The notes beneath the pieces are model-generated. The model was given only the letters and a program-made list of their open reading frames with translations, ran no database searches and was not told where the DNA came from. From the NCBI RefSeq assembly GCF_036321535.1, contig NC_087472.1, positions 91,824,001 to 91,888,000 of the forward strand: a stretch of DNA of 64,000 nucleotides, in the 5' to 3' direction. Source of the DNA: Camelus dromedarius (Eukaryota). The stretch's first letter is position 1. The number at the start of each line of letters is the position of its first letter. Below, piece by piece: positions 40,308 to 53,994 of this stretch. The position numbers and the translations under genes are program-made.

Positions 40308-40972
40308 CGCTTGTGGGCTGGAGCTGGTTCATACCAGCTTGTAAGAGTCAAAGACTATGTTTTCAGAAATTCTTTAAGCAGGTTGTTAAATATGCAGTCA
40401 GTATTAAAAATTATAGAAACTTATAATTAATTAGACTATATTAAAAATAAAGGTTAACAGATACCCAAAACTCTAAACCACCTATTTCGCTGTATTATTC
40501 ATCTATAGTATCTGAATGGCAGAAATACCATTTAATAGTATATTACTGCATAGCTCTTCCTAAATGCACATTTAGGGAGATTATGTTGGTAGCTTGAGAT
40601 CAACCATGGTGGGAGTACTTACCTCACAAATTGCCAAATGCTACAAATCAGGCTATGATTTACTGTTTTGTTGATTGCTTATACTTTAGACAATATGGAG
40701 AAAATGTTAATAATGCAGATTAAGCTTAAGTGTGTCATATCTATAGCTGTTATATTGGTAATAGGACAAACATAAAAAAAATTCCTCTGGTATCCAAAAA
40801 TTATTACCTAATTCAGCAAATAATTTGCTTACATCACTGATCAATAAATAAAGTTCTGACATATATCTCCAATGTGCTACTCTTATTTGCCAATATAAAT
40901 GAAAATATCACCCACCTATGTCAAAATTACACTTGGAGAACCAATTGTTAAACATTTACCAGCACGCCATTT
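40308..40972 (+). mobile_element. hAT DNA-transposon fossil, MER63-like
   Basis: Left end gtgggctggagctggttcataccagcttgtaagag and right end ccaattgttaaacatttaccagcacgccat resemble decayed MER63 terminal inverted repeats (CAGTGGTGTGCTGG...CCAGCACACCACTG). Confidence 0.7.
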
Positions 40973-41004
40973 TCCATAAAATTGTTTTTCAAAGATGTTG
41001 CATT

Positions 41005-41748
41005 CCTATTTTTAATACTTTTATTGAGGTATATTTCACATATCATGAATTTATCCATTTAAAATGTACACCTCAATGGTTTTCAGTATATTTACAGAAT
41101 TGCCCAACCAGCAGCACAATCAGCTTTATGACACTTTCACCATCCCCAAAAGAAGTCCTGAACCAGTTAGCTGTCATTAGCCATTTTCTCCCAAACGTAG
41201 CCCTGGGCAACCACTCATGTGCTTCTACTTTCTGTCTCTATGGATATGCCTATTCTGGATATCTTATTTAAGTGAAGTCATAAAATATATGGCCTTGTTT
41301 CTGGTTTTGTTTGATTAGCTTAATGTTTTTAAGGTTCATCCATGTCACAGCATGTATCAATACTTCATGGCTAAATAATGTTCCATTGTATGGATATACT
41401 CACATTTGTGTATCTATCAGCTGATGGATATTTGAGTTGTTTCCACTCTTTGACTATCATGAATAATGCTGCTTTGAACACTCCTGTACACATTTTTGTG
41501 TGGACGTATGTTTTAACTTTGCTTGGTTATATATCTAGGAGTAGAATTGCTTCATCATAAGATAATTGTATGTTTAAATCTTTGAGGAGTTGCCAAGCTG
41601 TTTTCCAAAGTGGCTGTATGCACCATTTTACATCCTCAACAGGAATGTGTGAGAATTTCAATTTCTCCACATGCTTGCCAACACTTGTTATCTGTCTTTT
41701 TGATTATAGCCATTCTAGTGAGTGTGAAGTAGTATTTCATTGTGGTTC
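41005..41748 (-). mobile_element. Ancient L1M(B)-type 3' end
   Basis: tttattgaggtatatttcacata, ggcaaccact...ctactttctgtctctatgga, gctgatggatatttgagttgtttccac, ttttccaaagtggctgt, tttgattatagccattctagtg. Confidence 0.85.
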
Positions 41749-44700
41749 TTACCATTAATATTAAACCCCAAATTTATTATTATATATAATTAATTGAATA
41801 ATAACCAGTGTTGTTCAAAATTATAAAAACACTATCAAGATAAAAGAGCTTTTATTAAATCACAGAACGTAATTAACAACATCATACCTAAAATGCTTAT
41901 TTCCCCACTGTTGTGTTACAGACCCTGTGATGTATTTATAATTTTAGCTGAGAATTCATAGGAACTGAATAAATTATTGAAGGCTTATGCTTTTTAAGAA
42001 AAACTGAGAAGAGTTATTTCCAAATGTTTAAAAATAAAAATATTTTAAACAAAAAGTTAATATAAATGCTCAGAGATTGTACCAGACTTAGCCCCAGGCA
42101 AGAGTTATCAGAATTAAATTCTGATCTGGAAACAAAAATTAGTTTCATACAATACAACAAAAAATTGGCATTTATTAACTAGTTAAATATTATAAAACAT
42201 AGACACTATTTAGGAGAAAATATATTATTTTATAAATCTGTGAATGAAAAACCATTCTTTAGAGCCTAGAAATAACAAGAAACTTCATGATTGACAGATT
42301 TGAATATATAATTAGCAAAACTTCAGTAGAATGGAAAATACAAAGGAAACTGAGACAATAGAGCATGATCATGAATTTTTCTTTACTGTGTTTGTTATCT
42401 AATATGTATCTGAGTATGTTTCCAATTTAAAAGGAAAAACAATAAAAGGACACAGCATAGTACATAGAAAGGCCATTAACAGATTAATATTCCAGATATT
42501 CAACTTGAAAATAATCATAGCCAGGTTTTGATAGAAACTAGAGGAAAGGTTACTCGTATTGCAACTCCTAATGCAACTGCTAACCTGTTTCTTTCTTGTA
42601 AATTTCCACTGTCATGTCAGATTTTATTTTATACTTATATCTTCTACAATATCATTTAGTTTAGATGAACATGCCTTCAGACGTTATGTATTTTTTCTTA
42701 CTTAAGCCACTGAGTCTCAAACTTATTGTCAAAAAACTTACCCCCCACCCAAAACCAGAGTTTGACTCAGCAAGTGTGGAGGGTTCCAGAGATTTTAATT
42801 TTTAACAAGCACTGCCAGGTGATTTTCATGCAAGTGGTTAGAGTTAACTGTCTGGAACTATTTCTTTTTACCCTGGACTCTGTTTAAAGTGGAACTGGGG
42901 CTGCGAAAAGCAACAAGATTGAAAAACATTCAGTCAGGACTCTTAAGCAGGAAACAAAGACAGGGAATCTGGGGAAGAGGAAAGAGGGTTCATATTAAGG
43001 ACAGTGGTAGGTAGAGAGGCAAGAAGTATATTGTACAACTGGGTCACTGATGACCCAATCCAAGCTACAGAAATATATTACCTTTCCAAAGGAATGTAGG
43101 AAAAAACATTTATGTTTCAGTGGAAAACTACTCATTTATCTATTGTACGCCCTTCTGAGTTATCAGATTTAAGCTGTTTCACGGTCTTTGAGCTATTTTC
43201 GACTCTTTGTGAATCATAGGTAACTGATATGTAAATTCTCTTACATCTGGTAGTGATTTGACTTAATTCGCCATCTGATTCCCTCGCCCTGCAACCCCCC
43301 ACCCCCCACTGCCCCTCAGTCCAGGGAAAAAAATCAGTTTTGTTCCTACTTGGAATTTATCTCACCATTTCTCCACTCTGTTTAATCTGCTATTTTGACT
43401 TTACCTTTGAACTGGTCATAACATCTGCCTGTTTCCTTGTATCATATGAGCAAAAATTCTTTAACAAGTGTTCATTTTAATAACATGAAAGTCATGATGG
43501 TACACATTTTTCTGAAAACTGTTAACAGGAATACAATGCTAGCCTCATTGCTTATTATTGCCATTAAAATAAGTCACACAGAAGATATTCATACATACAC
43601 GTTCTGTCTCGACATTTGTTTGCCTACTGAAGAATTATATGGACACTCTCCTTATTCCTCTTTTTTTCAAATATCAGAATCAGCACTACAATTTTATCTT
43701 TACTCTATTTAAGTCCAAACTATTTAACTTGTTATCAAGAGAAACTATCCACCTTTTCTATTTTTTGGCCTCTAATTTGCTGTAACATGCAGTTTCTGAT
43801 AAGGCAAGCCTAGCAAATGATTCAGAGAGTCAAGCACCAAAAGCTCTTCCTTATCCTCTTCTATTTATATATTGAAAAAACACCTCCAGTCTGATCTCTG
43901 ATACCCAGGTGATAACGCTAATACTACTTACTACACTTAACCAGAAATACAGGAAATTAGCATTAGAATTCTACAGGTTACAGAGAAGAGACACATTAAT
44001 TTAATTTCCCCCTCAATTTTGTTTCTTTGTTTTCCTTCAAATAATAACAGAAAAATTTAAGTTATGATCTAGAGAGCGACACACATCAAATCTATCAGTC
44101 AGCCAGGGCTGGAGTCCTGAAGATAATGGTATTCTTGCTGTCTCAAGTTGATATCTGTAAAAGCTTTCATAAATTGCACTAAATGCTTCTGCTGCCTTTT
44201 TGGCAGAAAGGTGCACTGTCAGCTCAATCTTACCAGGTTCTGAAGGAAGCACTCTAAAATTGATCATAAAAAATCATTTGTTATCTAAAATGAGAACAAT
44301 GCTTGTCATATGGCAGGTTTTCAAGTAGGCCACGATGTGAGGGGGGCTTAGAGGAAAAATAATACATTTTCTCTTCAACCAGTGGATTCCAATCAGCAGT
44401 AGGGACACTTGTTATTTAGTGCAACCTTCTTCTAATTAGGTATCATTTGGCCATTTCTAAAACTGCTGACAGCAGAGAGTGTCTCTCCACTAGAGGACAC
44501 TCTCTAACTTGCTGAAAAATGAAAAACTGTTTTTTTTTTTTTCAAATTAAAAGAAAATTTCTTCCCTAATTAAAAAGCATCAGCATCCAGAGATCTTACT
44601 AGTCGGAATTAGGAAATAGTCAGCATTTTGTTCTTAAATAAGATGTTGAATGGTAGGGGGATTTTAATTTCATTTGCATCATTAATCATAGATATTAAAA

Positions 44701-44850
44701 TTACTGTACAGTCACAGTAAAGATAAATGTTTTGTCGAAGACCCTCCATTTAAGATAAAAGCAAAGTGGTTTACCAAACATATTTATCTTTTGTTATTAG
44801 TTATACTGAATGGCTCCTCTTCCAGAAAGCTTTATTCAGAAATGAAGAAT

Positions 44851-44989
<139 letters not shown>

Positions 44990-45518
44990 ACAAAGTTGCC
45001 TTGGAGCTTGATCAAGACATTTTACCCAAATAAATATTAGGACTTTTGACATGTAATAGTTGCCAGTATCTAACCACAGAGAGTTCTTCGAAAATCAGAG
45101 ATTTATCTAAGGATACCAAAAGAAAGGAAAGAAATGGAAGGGATAGGTTATATTAAGCTCATAGCTGAGGATGTTATTCCTGCCGGATGTAACAACGTCT
45201 GCTCAAATTTCAAGGGAACAAAATCACAGCAAAACAAGACATGCACTTTAAAATTTGCTAACCATAATTCAGCTGTAGTGTAAGATTTCTTTATGAGATG
45301 TATTTTATACTATCTTACAACATGCTTCTGTAGATTTTAAGGACAAAACAACTTATTTGGCTGGCCAATAGACTGCAAGGAGATTTAAGTAATCACAAAT
45401 AATTTGGAGTTAAATAAGCTATTATACATCCATAGTAGCTATGGTGAATGAGTGCTTACAAATTGTTAGCACTTATTACTATTACTACTGATACTATATT
45501 ATGATGGGATTTAATTTT

Positions 45519-45745
45519 TCTTTCTTTTTTTAACTGAAGTACCGTCAATTACAATGTATCAATTTCTGGTGTACAGCACAATGTCCCAGTCATGCATATA
45601 CATACATATATTCATTTTCCTATTTTTTTCATTAAAGGTTATTACAAAATATTGAACATAGTTCCCTGTGCTATACAGAAGAAACTTTAAAAAAAAACTA
45701 CTTTTATATATAGTGGCTAACATATGTAAATCTCAAACTCCCAAA
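45519..45745 (-). mobile_element. Short L1 3'UTR fragment
   Basis: Contains ttccctgtgctatacag and caatttctggtgtacagcaca, as in the other L1 tails. About 13-bp TSD gggatttaa(t/c)ttt at 45506 and 45746. Confidence 0.85.
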
Positions 45746-46066
45746 GGGATTTAACTTTCTGTAAGTGATGACTAGAAGTTCACGCATCAAGTGAGGCCAA
45801 ATTATGCCCTTCAGGAACTTGAGGGCTGCATACTGCAACGTGAATGAATTATTGGGGATATTTCCCACATGAATTACATGAAGAGAGGCAGTAGTAGAAC
45901 CCCTTCAGAATGGAGAGGAAATCTCACTCACTTGAAAGAGAAAGGTGTACAAAATGGGAATATTATTACTGCATTGCTTTTAGATGGTTTGAGGATTCTT
46001 GTAAGGACTCAAATTGCAGCTCTTGATGGCTGTCTTCTATCTGCATGATACAAAAGTTTATGGCAT

Positions 46067-46598
46067 TATAGGGGAGCAAAACTTGCCACCTCAAAATGTC
46101 TTTTTGGCATGCTGATTATTTCAAGCTGAAAACAATCAAGGCCCAAAAGACTCATCAAAAATTTTTGATTTTCTTCCTAACTACATAAAAGAATTTAGAT
46201 AGAGGGCCTGTTCTAGAATAGAGTTATCAACAAAGATATCTGCAAAGAGAATGAGTAAGGTGTAGTAGGGGAGATCTTAGGCAGGACCTAAAGATGAGAG
46301 TCTACTCTGTGTCCCATTTTCTCTGAGTGGCCCGGCAAACATTTATTTACAAAACATTTGCTTTTCTATCTTCATATGAATTGCATTCCTCCCCTTTCAA
46401 GTTCCAAACCACTACCCCAACATCCTCTTTTGTCTTTAGCTGAAGATGGTGTTTAAGGCCAGGGTTTTGTCCATTTTGGAGAGTTATTCCATTCTCCTGG
46501 GTTTGATCTTCTCCTGTTAATCTGTCTCATGTCAATTTAATTCTTAGACTAGACAGAAGAGCCTAGAAGAGCAGAGGAAAATTTCTTCCTCCCAGACA
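46067..46598 (+). mobile_element. Solo ERV1 LTR, MER34-like, same subfamily as 21528-22102
   Basis: TATAGGGGAGCAAAACTTGCCACCTCAAAATG ... TTCTTCCTCCCAGACA with 4-bp TSD GCAT (46063-46066 and 46599-46602). Shares internal motifs (GCCTGTT..AGAATAGAG, GATATCTGCAAAGA, GTCTTTAGCTG, GTCTCATGTCAATTTAATTCT) with the 21528 LTR. Confidence 0.9.
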
Positions 46599-47639
46599 GC
46601 ATCTACAACAATCAACATACACCAAGCTGAAGAAGGGAACTCATCAAGAATCAGTTAACATCTGGTGCCACCTGATGACCTCACCCTTGGGAGGTGTGAT
46701 GTTGCATCTGAGTGTTGAGAATGGGTATTAGATAAAAGAAGTAGGAAACTGATAACTGCTCAGTGGAAAATGTTTAACTGCTAGGAAATGGACTTGCTCA
46801 AAAAGGTTACTCAAAAACTCTTGGTGATGATGGAGAGGAAATAGAACCATTTTGGGGGTATTTATTGAGTTAAAATGCACATAATACAAAATTCACTATC
46901 CTAGCCATTTTTAAGCACACAGGGAAGTAAGGCCATTTTTGCCCATCAGCTGAAAAAGTGGATAGAAAAAGAAACTTGTGGTTTGCTTTCTGCCAAAGCC
47001 ATCAGAATTGTTTATAATTTTATTCATTTCTAAAATTGCTTTGAATCATCACAAAGTAGACTTATTTTGGTAATGCAGTTATTTTTAGGTTTTTGTTGCA
47101 GGCCTTAACTAATCTCAAATTTTTGTGATTGCACCTTGATAAGACATCTCCTTTACTTTTTGCTCCATTAATTACAGTCACTGTACTAAATCTCTCATTG
47201 ATTCTTTTAACTCTCAAGATGCTTTCTCATCCTTCCCAATTCTCACATTTTTAAAGTAAATTATTCCATTTTCAGACTCCAAGTATATTTAAATCAGCTA
47301 TTAACATACAAAGATAAAGCATTTATCTGTGGTCAGCGATCAGCAAATTCTTTAGACCTCAGTATCAAAAGCAGTTGAAACAAGAAAAAAAATAACAGAG
47401 GGAGATGAGAAATAGGAATACGAAAAGGAAGAATGAGAAGGATAGAAAAATTAAAGGAGGAAGAAAGAAAGGGTTACTGGTGGTTGTGGTGAAGGGTATT
47501 AAAATATCCCCAACAGCTTATTCAAATGTAAGTGTTACATATAGGTTGCTATGTACTCTTGAGTAGACCCTGTCCTGATACTGCCTTCATCTTTTTTGTG
47601 CTTAATCCATCATTTCCAAACCCTGGCTGATACCTATTG

Positions 47640-48105
47640 AGGTAGAGACCAACAAATCCTCCCAGTGTCTATTATCCCTCTTCCTTTTAGTAATATAACC
47701 CCCAAAGTTTTAGTTGGGCACATGGCTACCCAGCTACAGACTATCTTTCCTAGCTTCCCTTGCAGGTAGATACCGCCCAATGACTGAGATCAGGCCAATG
47801 AGATGTGTGAAGTGATGTGTACAATTTCCCAGTCACCTCCTTTATGATGAAGCCTCATGCTCTGGACTTTATTTTTCCTTTTCCTATAGGCTGGAAAGAA
47901 CACATGTCAATGAACTGGCTTTTATCATATATATGAAGACAAAATGATAGAGCAGCAAGATAGAAGAGATCTGGGTTCCTGAATGACATAATGAAACAAA
48001 ATCATCCCACCAGTCTGGACTTCTCAGTACTGGTCTATTTAATGAGATAAATACACTTCTAATTTACTGAAAACATTGTATTTTGGGGTCCCTTTGTTAC
48101 CCAAT
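47640..48105 (+). mobile_element. MaLR LTR (old MLT1 subfamily)
   Basis: ttcctagcttcccttgcaggtag...tgactgagatcaggccaatgagatgtg...agatagaagagatctgggttcctgaatgac...ttttggggtccctttgttac. Confidence 0.7.
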
Positions 48106-50379
48106 CAGTACTTCCAGAATGTACTTTTTTCACCTTTTCTCCCAGGTTGCAGTGTGGCAGGATAAAATTCATGTCACTATACTAACTAATTTGATCCACT
48201 TAGAGATGTAGACAAGAACCACATTTACCCCTGGCTAATCCTCTAATAATTTCCCACAGTACCTATCTAAGAAATGCAGAAACAGAAAACTACATACAGA
48301 TGATCACTTTGAGAAGGAAAGTATGACATTAGGAACGAGTCTCCTTTTAAGAAAGGAAGCTTTAACAGAAGGAAAACTCTAAGGCATTTACCTAGGTCTT
48401 GGTTTACTTAGGGATAACATAGTCAATAGCATCTGTTCTAAAACAAATATAGTAACCTGTGACTTAAAAAGGATGTTTTGTTGCTTCTTACATGGACTGG
48501 CTGCACTAAAATGAAAGGTCCAGTTCCAATTACATTTTGCTATATCTGCATTTTAATGAAACACTCTCCCCCTAAGTTTCCTAACACTCAAGGTCTTAAG
48601 AGATAATGTGGATATGCATAGAGCTTGCTTTTCTTGTCTTTTAAAATATATAAACCATAATCCTTAGATTTATGTGGCTTTCAAGGTTAATGAAATATTC
48701 TTTAGGAAGTTTTATAAGCTTGTAAAATACGGCTCACGTAGGACATAATGATAACTCATGCATAATGTTTATTATTTAAAATGTAAATGAACATTCAGGG
48801 AACTCACTGTTTTGTGTTTTCTTTGTCCTGCCTAGAAGGGCTTTTGTTGGTCAGCGTTATATTAAAAGCACTCAGTGTAACTGCTGGTGTTTCATATAGT
48901 GCTTTCCTCTGCTTGTCTTTCCGCCACAGTGCCTTAGTAAAATGCTTCTGACAGATCCTGAGCTTAAAATATACTATGAAGCCTACTTTTTTTCCCCCCC
49001 AATTTGCTGGAAGGAGAAATGATAGCAGTTTGAACAATTGAAGTTCAAAATGGGAGGGAATTTTCTGTGCTGAGTTAATCAGGAAAAGTTTCAGAAGTTG
49101 ATAGCATTCAGAGATACTTTCAGTACTTGAGAAAAAAAAAAAAACAAACCCAAACCTCACTGTTATTTTCATTTCCAGTCTATGACACAGCTATTTCTTT
49201 CAGTTCTCTTCATTCTTGAAAAAGCCATGTTACTTCTCTTTGGAATCTGTATCTCCCTTCTCATTCTATTCTACTATTGGTGTCTTTAAAATCAGCTGAA
49301 AGGAACCCTGCTATTTTAACTTTCATGCCTCTTTCCTGACCATGGAACGTCAGGTTCATAAGACATTTTCTCCCCATGCTTAAAAATATTTTTACTGCCT
49401 CTAAATCTCCAATTTCTTGAGAAGCTGTGACATTATTCTTATTTTTTTCCTTCCTTCTGGGGTCCCCAGTAACACTTTCTATAACTATTCTCCCTGATGG
49501 TGTTATCTTTACTCCTGGCCCTTAAACTAAACCAGCATCTTATTAAAACTCATAATACATACTCCTATACCAGGTAGACTGGTTACTTTTCTGTGAGCAA
49601 TTGGGAGGTTTTCCATGTGATTTTTAATCACAACCGCCTTACGCAAGGCTTATGAGACACTGATCTAGAAGGTTTATAACCATCAAGATGTCTTCAATAA
49701 AAGAGATTGTAAAGTAGCATCTGAGACGTGTCAGCATCTAATAAAGGTTATCGCTTGAGAATATCTTTACAGCTTTCTTACCTAAAAAGGTATATGATTT
49801 TCTGAAGCCTATTTTTGTGTCTATCACTATTATTCTGTGATTTTTAATTTATGTTCAACTCTCTAGGTGGAAAGTTACAGAAGTAAATTAAAATAACTGA
49901 GCCTTCCTGTCTTTAGGAAAATGACCACTTGTATCATTCCTTAAAGATGAATATTACTGGTATTCTATCTGGAGAACACCAGTAATGTGAACACTCATTG
50001 ATCTGATAAATTTGATCAATCTGATACTTTTAATTTATCATGATCATGACCATCATACAGTAAAAAAAAAAATAGCAAAAATTAAGACAAAAGTAATAAA
50101 GGTATTAAACATAACCAGATTCTTGTGAGCAGATAATTGCAATGCTAAAATATTATTTAATTAGTACTTTTTTTCTAACACTATTTAGTCAGAAGATATG
50201 CTTTCTTTCTCATTTGAAGTAAGAGAGAGGCTCTTAAGATTCCACAGATGAAACTTTAAAGCACTTTTGACACATCTTGGTTACTTCTTTCTTCTTTGTA
50301 TTTGTCTTTGTTTTCCAAAGCTTATACAGTGCTTTTATAATTTAGGGAAAAAGTAATAGCATTAAAATGTCATCATAGT

Positions 50380-50500
50380 AATAAACTTTAATGAAAACGA
50401 ATATGAAAACAGATGTATGTATGTATATACATGACTAGGATACTGTGCTGTACACCAGAAATTGACACATTGTAACTGACTATATTTCAATTTTAAAAAA
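50380..50500 (+). mobile_element. Short L1 3' end
   Basis: gaatatgaaaa...tgtgctgtacaccagaaattgacacattgtaactgactata, the same family of tail as 45519-45745 in the opposite orientation. TSD unclear. Confidence 0.75.
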
Positions 50501-50805
50501 GATTATAAAGTTATCATATATTGTACTTTAAGATAGTTGAGCAGATCATACACCATCTTCCTCCACTATCTCTTTTCCCTAAGAGTCTATAGTCATTGAA
50601 GGCTCTTGGAGAAACAATTCTCCTTCAATCAAGAGCAGCTCTTTGACTCTAAATGTGCTGAGGAAAGTGGAGTTGTAAAGACTATAAATTAGTAATACTC
50701 CTTGGAATCACAGCATTAACATAAGTATTAGAAGAGACATCTTTCTCATCTATAGCTAGGGACTATAGGTTTTTCTAACACAAATAAAATTTTAAAATCA
50801 GCCTT

Positions 50806-50948
50806 TAAAAATTTTTATTTTTGGGGGGGAGGTAATTACGTTTATTTAGTTATTAGCTATTATTTTCAGTGGAGGTACCAGGGATTGAACCCAGGACCTT
50901 GTGCATGCCAAGCACACACTCTACAACTGAACTATACCCTCCTCCCTC
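50806..50948 (-). mobile_element. tRNA-Ala-derived SINE (Vic-1-like)
   Basis: Minus strand GGGTATAGTTCAGTTGTAGAGTGTGTGCTTGGCATGCACAAGGTCCTGGGTTCAATCCCTGGTACCTCC plus a tail containing aattacctccccc. About 13-bp TSD taaaatcagc(c/t)tt at 50793 and 50949. Confidence 0.88.
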
Positions 50949-51545
50949 TAAAATCAGCTTTGTTGAACGTGTGTTTATTGTTGGACTAGCTCTTCCCTTT
51001 TCATCAACATCTTACTCCAAAAAACAGGGGTTTGGTACAGTAGGAATGAAACTCTTCCACTCATTTTTTTTCCCCAACAATAAGCGAGATCATTCCCTGT
51101 AGCAAAACTTGCTCTTTTTGGAGAGCCAAAGAAGAGGTGTGAACAGTATTTATACTTTATCCTTTATTTAAGCCAACACTGTCACTTCCATTTGTTCATC
51201 TACTCTCTTAAAATTTTTAGAGAGCCTTCTAGTCTCACTCTAATAATCAAGACTATTCATTTTAGGAAAATATTGCCTGAAAAAAGTGGAAAGTGGACAA
51301 TATTGGAATGACTATTTGGGATGGGAGAGAGGAGAGAGATAAATTGAGTATTTGTATACATACATGTGAGCAATGCCCTTGGAACAGTTATGAGGGTAAA
51401 CAAGCTAATTTTTTATGCCACCCTCTGATTTCTACATTACTTCCTTCATTTACGCTCCAAGTGCCAGTACGTTCATGAAGCACAATGATTACTAGACTCT
51501 TTATCCTAGCACCCAGCATGGCTTGCCATCTTTGAGACTGCACAT

Positions 51546-52190
51546 TGTGACAGCTTTGTAATGTGCTGACTTGACTAGGCGGAACTGAATTTTCCAGAAT
51601 TCCGTTTACCTGTATGTGTCCAGTTAGGGTAGGCTACGAGAGAGTCTCTCACACTTGTGGAGGCACAGAAAAGAGGTAGCAGCCATTCTGGGGTGTGTGT
51701 GTGTGTGCGTGTGTGCATTGTTGCTGATATGCTGACTTACTTGACATAGAGTAGCAGTTAGGCCTGCAATTGCTCTTTTCCCCTGGATCTTCCTCCAACG
51801 TCTCTGACTCCTGCAGAGATGTGTGTATTTAGCTCTATGGTAAAGGACCCTGGCTCATTCTTTTTGGTAAGGTCAGAGGCAACAAGAACTTGACATGGGT
51901 TTCAGTCCATCCTAGTGGAGTTCAAGTCTGCTCAGGCTCTTCCCAGCTGACTGCTTGCCCTGTGGACTGCAAGTCTAGCTTGTGCTTATTGGGTTCTATC
52001 TCGCTTATTATCTTCCCTTCCTGACTTCCTGCCTGTGAACTTCAGGTTTCAGCACTGTGTGCAGAGATAGACATGAGGAGACTGCTTAATCAATCCTCAT
52101 AATTGTGTAAACCAATTCCCTGCCAATAAATAAAGTTATACGTATAGACATATGTATGTATGTATATGTATTCTATGTTGGTTGTTTCTA
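51546..52190 (+). mobile_element. ERVL-class LTR (MLT2-like)
   Basis: Starts TGTGACAGCTTTGTAATGTGCTGACTTGACTAGGCGGAACT. 3' part cataattgtgtaaaccaattccctgccaataaat...(TA-rich)...ttctatgttggttgtttct is typical of MLT2 ends. Confidence 0.62.
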
Positions 52191-52385
52191 TCTTTAGCCC
52201 TCCTCTCACACTATGCATGCATGGATGGGTTCATATATATCAACGACCTTAATGTCTTTACCGCCCCCATTTTACTGCTCTCCAAATCTAAGTTTTTGGC
52301 TTGGGCTTCTCTCCTGCATGAACATCTTCACCTGGATCTCCCACAAGCATCTCACACTCAACATGTCAGCAGTTTGATTTGTCAT

Positions 52386-52577
52386 CTTTTTTTTTCTCCT
52401 TTTTTATTTTTTAATTTAAGTATAATCAGTTTACAATGTTGTGTCAATTTCTGGTGTACAGCACAATGCTTCAGTCATACATGAACATACATATATTCAT
52501 TTTCATATTCTTTTCCACCGTAAGCTACTACAAGATATCGAATATATAGCTCCCTGTGCTATACAGTATAAACTGGT
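52386..52577 (-). mobile_element. Short L1 3'UTR fragment inserted into an L2 remnant (about 52190-52650)
   Basis: Same L1 tail motifs. 13-bp TSD tttgatttgtcat at 52373-52385 and 52578-52590. The flanks (catctcacactcaacatgtc ... ttccctgttttggtgaac) resemble a single interrupted L2. Confidence 0.85.
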
Positions 52578-53207
52578 TTTGATTTGTCATTTTTATCCCT
52601 AAACCGCTCATCTTTCTGACTTCCCTGTTTTGGTGAACATTACCTAACACACAGTAGACATTCATTCAATAAATCTTTATTAGAAAGTTAAAGAATAAAT
52701 AAACATGCTCAGAAAAGAGATTTCTCCGCTATTAAATGCTGAGAGTGAATAATAGCAGCTTAATTCACACAACTAGCTCTTATTCAAATTAGGTAAAAGG
52801 GACATTTCAATGAATAAGACTCATCTTAATAACCTCTAATTTCTTTCCTCCAAGTCAAGGTTAAATTTCTTTGGGTTACAAAGAACTGATGAAAGGGCCC
52901 CTTGAAATTCATTCATAAACCCAAGAATCCTGGGTTAGGAATCTGTGATCTGGTTAAAATATGATACTAGAAAATGTTAATTATTTTATATATGAGTTAT
53001 AACATTACAGGAAGGTGTTGGGAGATTTGTGCTGCTTTCTGGTATCTTTTTTGTCTATGTGAGTTAACAGAAATGAAAATCTAGAGTTGTTTGTCAGAAC
53101 AAACATGATTGTCCTACTGGGAATTTGAAAAGCAGCAACTGAAACATTGATGATTTATCTGATGACAATAAAGTAGCAAAAGGTTTAAAGAAAATAAGCT
53201 ATTCTGT

Positions 53208-53994
53208 GGCCATCATTCAAAAGTCCACAAATGACAAATGCTGGAGAGCCTGTGGAGAAAAGGGAACCCTCCTACACTGCTGGTGGGAATGCAGTTTGGT
53301 GCAGCCACTGTGGAAAACAGTATGGAGATTCCTCAAAACACTAGGAATAGACTTACCATATGACCCAGGAATTCCACTCCTGGCCATATATCCAGAAGGA
53401 ACCCTACCTCAAAAAGACACCTGCACCCCAATGTTCATAGCAGCACTATTTACAATAGCCAAGACATGGAAACAGCCTAAATGTCCATCAGCAGATGACT
53501 GGATAAAGAAAAGATGGTATATTTATACAATGGAATACTATTCAGCCCTAAAAACCGACAACATAACGCCATTTGCAGCAACATGGATGCTCCTGGAGAA
53601 TGTCATTCTAAGTGAAGTAAGCCAGAAAGAGAAAGAAAAATACCATATGAGATCGTTCATATGTGGAATCTATAAAAAACAAAACATAAATACGAAACAG
53701 AAACAGACTCATAGACATAGAATACAAACTTGTGGTTGCCAGGGGGACGTGGGGTGGGAGGGGACAGACTGGGAGTTCAAAATTTGTAGATACTGACGGC
53801 ATATGCAGAATAGATAAACAAGATTATACTGTATAGCACAGGGAAATATATACAAGATCTTGTGGTAGCTCACAGTGAAAAAAAATTTGACAATGAATAT
53901 ATGTATGTTCATGTATAACTGAAAAATTGTGCTCTACACTGGAATTTGACACAACTTTATAAAATGACTATAACTCAATAAAAAAATGTTAAAA
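53208..53994 (+). mobile_element. Young 5'-truncated LINE-1 (ORF2 C-terminus plus 3'UTR and A-tail)
   Basis: ORF 53206..53796 encodes the L1 ORF2p C-terminus ([18 protein letters not shown]ys-rich motif; TPMFIAALFTIAKTWKQPKCPS; WYIYTMEYY) without internal stops. 21-bp TSD aaagaaaataagc(t/c)attctgt at 53187-53207 and 53995-54015, at a TTT|AAAG endonuclease-type site. Confidence 0.95.

Noticed and set aside
53206..53796. 196-aa ORF as a novel nested host gene
   Set aside because: It is the C-terminus of L1 ORF2p in a 5'-truncated insertion, with no promoter and a non-ATG start at the TSD junction.
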